The position numbers and the translations under genes are program-made. A model generated the notes under the pieces. The model was not told where the DNA came from and searched no databases. It was given only the letters and a program-made list of their open reading frames with translations. Below, piece by piece: positions 31,832-40,186 of a stretch of 64,000 nt of DNA. How positions within the stretch are numbered: the stretch's first letter is position 1; every line of letters begins with the position of its first letter. This stretch comes from Spirochaetia bacterium (lineage in GTDB: Bacteria; Spirochaetota; Spirochaetia; SZUA-6; Bin103): contig CBDAOI010000004.1 of NCBI GenBank assembly GCA_965198005.1, positions 672,001 through 736,000 of the forward strand. The letters are read 5' to 3'.

Positions 31832-32738
31832 TGCGCGGGGCAGGTTTGCGGATTTCTTCATCAGGCTTCTCAAGGAGAAGCCGCTGGGTATTGCCGGTGG
31901 GATTATCATAGTGCTCTTGATTCTGGTGTCGATCTTCGCCGATGTTCTGGCTCCTTATCGCTATACGGAAATGCACCTGGTAGACAGGCTGCAGGGCGCG
32001 TCAGCCCGGTATCTGCTGGGTACCGACCAGTTGGGGCGAGACCTCCTGAGCCGCCTGATCGTCGGGGCTCGCATTTCCATGCTGGTCGGCCTGGCAGCGA
32101 CCACTCTGAATGTTGTGGTCGCTGTCCTGATCGGCGGCATCTCAGGATTCCTTGGGGGAAAAGTGGACCTGGTGGTGCAGCGCTTTATCGACGCCTGGAT
32201 GGCCTTCCCGGGGTTGCTGCTCCTGCTGACCGTCATGTCCATTGTGGGGCGGGGTTTGCCCCAGATCATTGTGGTCTTGGGGGTCAGCGGAGGCATCGGC
32301 GCCTCCCGAGTCGTCAGAGGCGCTGTGATCGGTATTAAGGAGAATGACTATTTTCTGGCCGCCAGGGCCGCGGGCACCCCCACAAGCCAAATCCTGGTCC
32401 GCCATGTGCTGCCCAATATTATGGCGCCCGTCATCATCATCTTCTCCATCAACATCGGGGGGGTGATTATTTCCGAGGCCTCCCTGAGCTTTCTCGGATT
32501 CGGCCTGCCCATCGAGGTTCCCAGCTGGGGAGGCATGCTCAGCTGGGATGGACGTCGATACATGGAGCAGGCCCCCTGGCTGGCACTCTGGCCTGGTTTC
32601 GCCCTGACTATTACCGTTTACAGTCTAAACATGCTCGGCGACGCCCTCAGGGATCTGTTCGACCCAAGACTGCGCGGCGGAGCGGGCAGTTACGGCACTG
32701 CGGTGGTGAAACGTAAAAAGGCTTCCTCTCCAGACTGA
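31824..32738 (+). CDS. Dpp/Opp-type ABC permease (DppC-like 3)
   Basis: Paralog of 18241-19191; ATG overlaps the upstream stop region. Confidence 0.92.
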   Translation: MNNARGRFADFFIRLLKEKPLGIAGGIIIVLLILVSIFADVLAPYRYTEMHLVDRLQGASARYLLGTDQLGRDLLSRLIVGARISMLVGLAATTLNVVVAVLIGGISGFLGGKVDLVVQRFIDAWMAFPGLLLLLTVMSIVGRGLPQIIVVLGVSGGIGASRVVRGAVIGIKENDYFLAARAAGTPTSQILVRHVLPNIMAPVIIIFSINIGGVIISEASLSFLGFGLPIEVPSWGGMLSWDGRRYMEQAPWLALWPGFALTITVYSLNMLGDALRDLFDPRLRGGAGSYGTAVVKRKKASSPD

Positions 32739-33045
32739 TCAACCCGTTCACTTAGCAGCAAACACTCTCTCCAATCGGGTCGCAAAACCCATCCAACCGC
32801 ATGGTCTCAAGGCCAGCGGGCGGTGCCTCCATACAACGCTCGCCACCGCGCCCGTACCGACGCCGAACGCGCCCCCTATGACCAGCGCGAGAGGCGTGGC
32901 AAGCGCTTTGGGCAGCGTGCACCGCTTCTCGGTGAACGGCTGGTAGAGGGGCAGAGTGTCATAAGCTCAAGCCCTCCGAATGTGAAATGCGACCATACCC
33001 ACCTGTTGGCCCACCGAGTGAATGCACGGCCCAATACTATAACTT

Positions 33046-33074
33046 ATTGTAGGTGATGTAGTTAGCACCGTCAA
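33046..33074 (-). promoter_or_regulatory. Sigma70-like promoter, leftward
   Basis: Minus strand TTGACG-17 bp-TACAAT. Confidence 0.6.
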
Positions 33075-33247
33075 GCAGCCCGGTGCGATGGGGTGCATTC
33101 CGTCTGTGTGGTAGCGCACGGGACCGACAAGAGCGGTGTCACCGAGATCGAGCATGGCGGCCAGCGCGGCCAGGGAACCGCCAACTCCGCCGGCGATGGG
33201 CGTTGACACCGAAGAAGCCGCGCGGATATGTTCGCCATCGGGTCGTC

Positions 33248-34306
33248 ATGGCTGACGAGCGGGCAGCACAGCAACCGGACGGCGGCGCATCGGAGACGGC
33301 GGTCAGCCAGCCGCACGACAAGTACTTCCAGCGCGTGTTCTCGAACGCGAAGGACGCGGCCAGTCTGCTGCGCACCTGTGTGCCGGGCGCGCTCGCCGAC
33401 ACCTTGAAGTGGTCGACGCTGAGCCTGCTGCGGGGTCGCTTCGTGGATGACGACTGGCGGCGCAACGAGACCGACATGCTGTATTCGGTGGAGCGGGAGG
33501 GTACGGAGCCGGCGGTGCTGGTGTACGTACTGCTGGAGCATCAGTCGACGCCGGACCCGTGGCTGCGGCTGCGGTTGCTCGGCTACTGCGTACAGGTGTG
33601 GCAGGAGTGGCGGCGGAAGCACCGGAACGAGGAACGGTTGCCGCTGCTGGTGCCGCTGGTATTCTACCAGGGAGCGCGACGGTGGGAGTATACGCGGGAA
33701 TTTGCGGACTTGGTAACGGAGGCGGCGCCGGAGTGGCGGTGGGTGCCGAGGTTCGAGCATCTGCTGATCGACCAGACGGAGAAGAGCGCGGAATCGGTGA
33801 CGGGCGCGGTAGCGGCGCGGCTGTTGCAGATCGCGATGATGGCGGCGTTTCGGGAAGCGCCGGGGAAGTTGCTGGAACGGGCGACGCGGTTGATCGGGGA
33901 ATTGTACCGCGCAGCGGGGTTCGAGGAAGTGACGCAGCACGTGGAGTACGTGCTGGCGACGCAGCCGGAAGCACAGCGGAAGCTGTTTGCGGAGGCGTTG
34001 CAGAGGAACGTGCCGGGCCGCGGAGGAGAGGTGATGAATTACGTGGAAGAAATGATCGAGCGAGGGCGCCGGGAAGGGCGTCAGGAAGGGCGCCGGGAAG
34101 GGCGCCAGGAAGGGCGCCGGGAAGGGCGCCAGGAAGGGCGCCGGGAAGGCCGCCAGGAAGGGCAGGTGCGAGCCATCGAGGGGTTCGTGGCACGAGATAT
34201 ATCGTGGTCCACCATCGAAGAGGCCACGGGCATCGACGAGGCCACATACCGGCGCCTCAGGCAGCGAATCGACGCGGAAGACAACGGGGCAGATTCCACC
34301 GTCTGA
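33248..34306 (+). CDS. Rpn/YhgA-like recombination-promoting nuclease (PD-(D/E)XK)
   Basis: PHDKYFQRVFS, ETDMLYSV, YVLLEHQSTPD, LVPLVFYQG, C-terminal EGRREGRQ repeats. Confidence 0.92.
   Translation: MADERAAQQPDGGASETAVSQPHDKYFQRVFSNAKDAASLLRTCVPGALADTLKWSTLSLLRGRFVDDDWRRNETDMLYSVEREGTEPAVLVYVLLEHQSTPDPWLRLRLLGYCVQVWQEWRRKHRNEERLPLLVPLVFYQGARRWEYTREFADLVTEAAPEWRWVPRFEHLLIDQTEKSAESVTGAVAARLLQIAMMAAFREAPGKLLERATRLIGELYRAAGFEEVTQHVEYVLATQPEAQRKLFAEALQRNVPGRGGEVMNYVEEMIERGRREGRQEGRREGRQEGRREGRQEGRREGRQEGQVRAIEGFVARDISWSTIEEATGIDEATYRRLRQRIDAEDNGADSTV
34065..34165 (+). repeat. 12/24-bp tandem coding repeat (GRRE/GRQE)
   Basis: GGGCGCCGGGAA/GGGCGCCAGGAA units repeated in tandem. Confidence 0.9.
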
Positions 34307-34369
34307 GGCCGCTGCAGCAACCTGCACGGCCGCCTGCGCGCCGCTACCACACTGAGGGAATGCACCCGC

Positions 34370-34642
34370 CCACAAGTAGGTGCCGAGGATCAGACCCGGC
34401 ACGATGAAGATGCCAAAGTGGCCGACGAGCGGAAGGATCACCCGCAAGGGCGTTTACTGGCATAACAAGGCACCGATGAACGGTCGGGAGCTGACTGCCA
34501 AAGATGTCGAATATATCCTGACTACTGGGGCTTCGACGAAAAGTACCCGGAGAACCGCTTGCCCTATGTTGACAAGATAATAGTCTTGCATATGCCAGAA
34601 GAGGCAACCCGTGTGGCGGCACTGCGCGCGGGTAAGATTGAC
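34370..34642. pseudogene. Joined fragments: dppB (minus strand) plus two SBP segments (plus strand)
   Basis: GHFGIFIVPGLILGTYL on minus; RKGVYWHNKAPMNGRELTAKDVEY and PDYWGFDEKYPENRLPYVDKI...AALRAGKID on plus. Confidence 0.85.
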
Positions 34643-35411
34643 GATGCCAGGCGCCGCTTCGAGCTGACCGGCCAGGTCACGTCCATACCCAGCCCGGCGC
34701 TCGTCCACCTGGTCGGCCGCGTTCCGGGCGCGCCTCCGGACTAGCAACAACCGCTCCCAGCCCACGACGTCCTGTCGCTGTCTGGGAGCTGCATGCCACC
34801 CGTGGCGGCAGGGAGGGTGCCACGGGTGGAGGTCACCGTGCATCCGGCGTCATACCGCCCCGGGCGAAGGGTCGGCATCAAGAATCTCGACGTCGGGGTA
34901 GACCTGATCAATCGGGAATGAACGAATGAACGGACGTCAATCGGTGCCGCGTGCCGTTGCACCGCCGGCGTCCAACGCCTCGATGGCCGAGCGTGTCAGC
35001 TCGGGGTCAGCTGGCCTTTGCCTGCGCCGTAGCGCCCGAGCCGGCCGCGCAGCCGGGGATCCAGCAGATCGCGTACCGCGTCGCCGAACATGTTGAGGCT
35101 GTAGACGACCACGGTCAGACACAACCCCGGCCACAGCGCCAGATGCGGCGCGATCTCCATGTACTGCCGCCCCTCGCGACTGAGCATGCCGCCCCAACTG
35201 GGAATGTCCGGCGGCAGTCCGAAGCCGAGAAAGCTCAGCGCCGCCTCCGACATGATCACTCCGCCGACGTTGATGCTGAAGATGATGATGATGGGCGCGG
35301 CGATGTTGGGCAGCACGTGGCGCAGCAGCGAGCGCCGGCGCGAGCTGCCGATCGCCTGCGCCGCCTGGAAGTAGACGTTCTCCTTGACCCCCAGCACCGC
35401 GCCGCCCACCA
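34643..35411 (-). repeat. Inverted duplicate of 18782-19510 (3' part of dppC plus downstream non-coding DNA)
   Basis: ORF 34996-35409 is almost identical to the DppC-1 C-terminus; the downstream DNA is also colinear. Confidence 0.92.
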
Positions 35412-35428
35412 GGATCGGAAGCTAGCTA

Positions 35429-37124
35429 GTTCTGTCCGTAAACCCGCAAGTTGTTGAATGGGCATGAATTGAGCCTGGCGGATAGACAAGAAAAGGTGTT
35501 TCGGCTATCATCGCGCGCAGAACCGACGACAAAAACCGAAACACCGGAGGTTACGATGCGCAATAGCCGCACCGTGCAACCCAGCGTATTTCAAGCGCCC
35601 GAGGTTGTCCACCCCATCGCCACCGAACTGGAACGCGCTTCGGCATGGCTTGATCAGCACCCCGAGTTGCTCGATACGATCAGCCGCTGCGTTGCTGGCT
35701 CCACCACCTGCGGTCGCCATGGCCTGACCTGCGAGAGCATACTGCGCTGTGCGCTGCTCAAGCATCTGATGGGCTACTCCTACCGGGAGTTGGAGTTCGC
35801 GTTGCTCGATTCCGCCTCCATGCAGCGCTTTGCGCGGGTCGATCCGTTCCGGGTGCCGAAGAAGTCGGCGCTGCAGAGTGCTATCAGCGCGATTGACGGG
35901 GAGGGTTGGCGCACCATCAACGGGGTCCTGTTGCTTGACGCCAAGCGGCGATCGAATCGGGTACGCAGGTGCGGATCGACAGCACGGTGACCGAGACGGA
36001 TATCTTGGAGCCGTCCGACAGCGGCCTGTTGTACGACGGGGTGCGCGTGCTGACGCGGCTACTGCGGCAGGCACACAAGCGGATGCCGGCGGTGTGGTTG
36101 CGCGACCACTGCCGTGCCGCCAAGCGGCGCATGCTCGAAATCGGGTCGCAGCGTGGTGCCCCGCGGCGAGCGGTCACCTACCGGCGGCTGCTGCGCGTGG
36201 TGAAGCGGACCATCGGCTACGCGGAGGCAGCGCTGCCGCAGGTGGCTTGCGAAGCTGCGCCGTGGGCCGAGCCGTGGTGCAGCGAGGTACGCGGGTACCT
36301 TGAGTTGCTGCGACGGGTGGTGGATCAGACCAAGCGCCGCGTGTTCGCCGGTGAAACGGTGCCGGCGAGCGAGAAGGTGGTGAGCCTGTTCGAGCCGCAC
36401 ACCGACATCATCCGCAAGGGTGGGCGTGCGACCCACTACGGGCACAAGATCAACCTGACGACGGGGCGCAGTGCGCTGGTGCTGGACGTGGTGGTGGAGA
36501 GCGGCAACCCGGCCGATAGTGAACGCTGCCTGCCGATGCTGGAGCGGCACGTGGAAACCTACGGCGAGGCGCCGCAACGAGTGGCGTTCGATGGCGGCTA
36601 TGCGTCGCGGGCGAATCTGGCGGCGGCCAAGGAGTTGGGCGTGGAGCATGTGGTGTTCCACAAGAAATGCGGGCTGGAGCCGACTGACATGACGCCTTCG
36701 GCGTGGATTTATGGCCAACTCAAGCGCTTTCGGGCGGGCATTGAAGCAGGTATTTCCTATCTGAAGCGCTGCTTCGGGCTGGACCGCTGCCACTGGCGCG
36801 GCTGGGAACGTTTCCAGGCGTATGTATACTCGGCAGTGGTCGCCCACAACCTGCTGCGGCTGGCTCGCTTACTGCCAACCTGACGCCCGCCACGGGCGCG
36901 GCTTCTCTCATCCGACCGATTCTCGGGCGCCTTTGACCGCTCAGTATGTCTTGGTGGGCGCGTCCAGCGGGTTTCTGAGTCCACTGACTGTCAAGAATTC
37001 GTCCCCGACGCGCCACAATCACGTTTGCCACCGCCCGATCCGCGGACCCTACACGCCCTGTACGCGGCTGAACAGCTTCGCCTACCGGTACGCTCCTCTC
37101 AAATCGGGATTACCGGACAGGAAC
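35429..37124 (+). mobile_element. ISNCY/IS5-like insertion sequence
   Basis: Imperfect inverted repeats GTTCTGTCCGTAAACCCG / CGGGATTACCGGACAGGAAC, flanked on both sides by TAGCTA. Confidence 0.85.
35556..36883 (+). pseudogene. ISNCY/IS5-like DDE transposase, frameshifted near 35950
   Basis: SYRELEFAL.DS; RIDSTVTETDI..P.DS; KVVSLFEPHTDIIRKG, FDGGYAS, FRAGIEAGISYLKRCFGL, split over two frames. Confidence 0.88.
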
Positions 37125-37137
37125 TAGCTATAGCTAG

Positions 37138-37665
37138 CTAGGCGGTGGGCAGGTGCAGGAAGGCGAACACCGCCACGCCGGTGAGCGACACGTAGAGCCA
37201 GAGCGGGAGGGTTACGCGGGCGATGGTGCGGTGGCGGGGATGGCGCGTCCAGCCGCGGCGCAGGGTGATCAGCGCCAACGGCACGATGGCCGCCGCCAGG
37301 ACGACGTGGCTTGTCAGGATGGGATAGTACAGCCATGGCACCGGCCCGGCGTAGGCCTGCGAGCCTGCGCCGAATGCGTGGTAGAGCAGGTACCCGGCGA
37401 GGAACAGCGTCGAGGCCCCGAACGCCCCCAGAACCAGCGCCCGATGGACCGCCACCGCGCCGCGGCGGATGGCGATGAAGGCGGCCACCAGGAGTACCGC
37501 CGCGGTGGCGTTCCAGGCGGTGTTCACCGCCGGCAGCGCCGACACGTCGAGCCCGGACCGGTGTCGGGGGCCCATGACCGCGAACGCCACTGCCGCCAGC
37601 GCGGCCACGCTGACGATCCCGATGACCGTGAACCAGAACCGGTCGCGGGCAGCCGGCTCGGTCAC
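37138..37665 (-). CDS. DUF420 family membrane protein
   Basis: LPAVN..WN, H...L.AF..S.LFL..YL.YH, Y..IL.SH..LA, H..IAR.T.PLWLYVS.TGV. Confidence 0.88.
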   Translation of the reverse strand: MTEPAARDRFWFTVIGIVSVAALAAVAFAVMGPRHRSGLDVSALPAVNTAWNATAAVLLVAAFIAIRRGAVAVHRALVLGAFGASTLFLAGYLLYHAFGAGSQAYAGPVPWLYYPILTSHVVLAAAIVPLALITLRRGWTRHPRHRTIARVTLPLWLYVSLTGVAVFAFLHLPTA

Positions 37666-39515
37666 GCGCGCGGCATGCCGTAGCCCAGTTCCCGGATCGC
37701 CTTGCGGAACTTGTCTTCGGCCTCGAGGCGGACGGCGAGACCGCGCTCGCCGGTGCGCCGGCAGAGTTTGGCGGTCCGTTCGTGGGTGGCGAGCAGGTCG
37801 GCCAGAGCCGCGTCGGCGCACTCGATCAGCAGGGCGGTGCCGTGCGGCGCCAGCGCCTGCGCGCGGCGTGCCGTGGTCTGCAGGAAACCCTCGACCTTCT
37901 CCGGCAGCGGTTGGTCGTCGCGCGCGGTGAGGAACTCCCGCAACTCTTCCACTTGACTGCCGCGTTCCAGGGCCGACAGCGTCCGGTCACGGTCCAGGCG
38001 CCAGACATCCTCCGCTTCCGGGCGGGCGTAGGTTTCCAGCAGCAACTTCTCATCCGCCGTCAGGGGCGCTCCCTGCAGGTGCAGTCGCAGGTCGGGAAAC
38101 ACCGTGATGGATGCGCGCGCCGCCGGGTAACGCGGTCGGTAGCTCTCGGCCGTTCCCAGGCAGTAGGCCCCCAGCGGAGTCAGGCGGAAGTACTGCAGGC
38201 CGTCGTACCGGCTGAGGAACTCCAGTTCATCGCTGTTGCTCAGGCTGGTGAAGTCCAGCCGCGCATCGCGCGGGTCGGTATGCGCCACGTCGACCATGCC
38301 CAGGGTGGCGGCGTACTCGAACAGGAAGCAGAGCAGGTATCGGCCTTGCAGGATGCTCCAGTCGTGATGGCCGGCGTAGCCGAGGCTGCCGTACCGGGCT
38401 TCCCCGATATAAAGGTGCCACGGGTTGCGGGTGATGCTGAACTCCAGCTCCGTCGCCTGCATGAAGCGGGAGAGCTCGTCGCAGCTCACCCACCGGCCCA
38501 CCGGACACTCTCTGAGGGCGTCGTCGATCGTGGCGCGGCGATACCGGGCTGCGGTCATGGAACGCGCACCGCGACCGCGCTGCCCCTTGATCGCCTCGAT
38601 GCGGCGGAACTCGTCGAAGGCGGTGCTTACCAGCCAGCGGCTCCACAGCAGGCGTATGGTTTCCGCCGGCGGCTTACCCAGTGCGGCGCGTCCCGCTTTG
38701 GTCAGTGCCAGCTTGCCGCCGTGCAGCTCGGCCAGCCTGGCGGTCCGGAGCAGCAAAGGCCAGGCGAACGCCTTGATCGGACCGACGGTCTGTTCCCAGG
38801 AGGACTGTTTCGGCGGCGCCGGGTCGAAGAAGTCTCCGTCGCACAGCACGGCGGCGATCCGCCGGACCGCGGCGGCCGTGGCTTGCAGTGTCTTGGCGCT
38901 GGCGGCGACTTGGCCGCGGTCGACCAGCCGGAGCACCGCCGGCAGATCCTGTTGCGCGGCGCGCTCCATTTCGCGCTGCGTCAGCGGCACCTGGTCGACG
39001 GGACGGGCTTGCTTGCCATAGTAGCCCCTGCGCGACTGCGCGATGGCCTCCGGCAGCTCATCCTGCGCGGCCATGGTCAACGCCGGCGGCGGCGGCACGA
39101 ACGTGCGCAGCCGCGGCGTGAGGTCGGCGGGGATGATCGCCGTGCCGCCATCGTACGAGCTGCCGGGGTGGAGGAACAGATTCAGGAGCGTCGGCCGGGT
39201 TTCATCCCCGCGCGAGCCGCCTGCGCCGGCGGGCAGGACGCCGTACTTGGCCTGGAAACGATTCGGGTGGAAGGCACCGTCGGTGCCGTGCAGCACCTCG
39301 CTGACGGCGTGCCGTTGGGTCCGGCTGAGCCTGCCCCACAGCTCGGTCAGCGAGTCTCCAGCCAACTGGCGCTGAATAGCCGCCGCCATCTCCGCTTTGC
39401 GCGTGGGCCGCGGCCGTTCGGGCGGCAGCAGGGCGAGCAGACTTCGGAGAAGGTCGGCAGACTGGTGCCCGAGGATCTCCGCCAATGTCGCGCCCGGGCG
39501 CGGCTCGTCTGTCAA
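37662..39515 (-). CDS. Helicase-associated (XPB N-terminal-like) domain protein
   Basis: GPIKAFAWPLLL, FDEFRRIEAIKGQ, LFEYAATLG, FLSRYDGL.YFRLTPLGAY, C-terminal WRLDR...L.EFL...LP. Confidence 0.7.
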   Translation of the reverse strand: MTDEPRPGATLAEILGHQSADLLRSLLALLPPERPRPTRKAEMAAAIQRQLAGDSLTELWGRLSRTQRHAVSEVLHGTDGAFHPNRFQAKYGVLPAGAGGSRGDETRPTLLNLFLHPGSSYDGGTAIIPADLTPRLRTFVPPPPALTMAAQDELPEAIAQSRRGYYGKQARPVDQVPLTQREMERAAQQDLPAVLRLVDRGQVAASAKTLQATAAAVRRIAAVLCDGDFFDPAPPKQSSWEQTVGPIKAFAWPLLLRTARLAELHGGKLALTKAGRAALGKPPAETIRLLWSRWLVSTAFDEFRRIEAIKGQRGRGARSMTAARYRRATIDDALRECPVGRWVSCDELSRFMQATELEFSITRNPWHLYIGEARYGSLGYAGHHDWSILQGRYLLCFLFEYAATLGMVDVAHTDPRDARLDFTSLSNSDELEFLSRYDGLQYFRLTPLGAYCLGTAESYRPRYPAARASITVFPDLRLHLQGAPLTADEKLLLETYARPEAEDVWRLDRDRTLSALERGSQVEELREFLTARDDQPLPEKVEGFLQTTARRAQALAPHGTALLIECADAALADLLATHERTAKLCRRTGERGLAVRLEAEDKFRKAIRELGYGMPRA

Positions 39516-39519
39516 CGGG

Positions 39520-39943
39520 TCAGGACTGCAGGCTCGCGTTCAGCGTAATCGGCGTGGCCGACAGCGCCTTGGACACCGGGCAGCCGACCTTGGCCGCGTT
39601 GGCGTGCTCGAGGAAAGCATCCTCGCTGATGCCGGGCACCTCGGCCGCGCAGGTCAACGCGATCCCGGTGATGGCCGCGCCCCCGTCCCCTACCTCCAGG
39701 CTGACCTGGGCGGTGGTCTCCACCCTGGTGGGCGTAAACCCCGCGGTCGCCAGCATGTTGGACAGCGCCATCGAGTAGCAGCCGGCGTGCGCGGCGGCGA
39801 TCAACTCCTCGGGATTGGTGCCGCCTCCCCTCCTCGAACCGCGACGAAAACGAGTAGGCCGCCGAAAACGACCCGAATTCCACGGTGCCGGAGCCTCCCT
39901 TGAGGTCCCCGCGCCATACTGCCTGTCCACTTCTCACTGCCAT
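39520..39943 (-). pseudogene. osmC: OsmC-family peroxiredoxin, frameshift near 39825 (possibly a sequencing error)
   Basis: AVWRGDLKGGSG...YSFSSRFEEG in one frame; GTNPEELIAAAHAGCYSMALS...AKVGCPVSKAL in another. Confidence 0.88.
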
Positions 39944-40186
39944 TGCTCACTCCTTACTGGTCGAGGTGCCCGCCGGGCGGCGGGCTGGTTGCGGGTATCC
40001 TACCCCGGTAGCTGCCCCGCCTGCAAACGCCGCACCGGGCGACACCGTGCGCCCGCGCGAGCGCCTGCCTGGCCAGGCGCCCCGGCTTTCAGTCGATCGC
40101 AAGGATCGTCCGACCCGCTCAAATCGTTCTCAGGGCCAACCGTAACGTGCGTCATTCATGCAGCGCGGACCGTGCGTCAGGTTGGG

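Larger units (their letters stand above)
33091..34367. repeat. 26-bp inverted repeats bracketing the Rpn gene
   Basis: GGGTGCATTCCGTCTGTGTGGTAGCG (33091-33116) versus the reverse complement of 34342-34367; 24 of 26 positions match. Confidence 0.85.

Noticed and set aside
34065-34165. Tandem repeat as a CRISPR array
   Set aside because: The units are contiguous 12-mers with no spacers and encode the usual Rpn C-terminal repeat. There are no cas genes.
37782-39548. Long antisense or alternate-frame ORFs (also 51958-54258, 49593-51758, 39815-41407, 2680-4071)
   Set aside because: These are shadows of real genes in high-GC DNA, with Arg/Ala/Pro-rich composition and no motifs.
39815-39840. osmC frameshift as programmed recoding
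   Set aside because: It is a single indel in a purine run with no clear slippery site or stimulator; a sequencing error or recent mutation is simpler.
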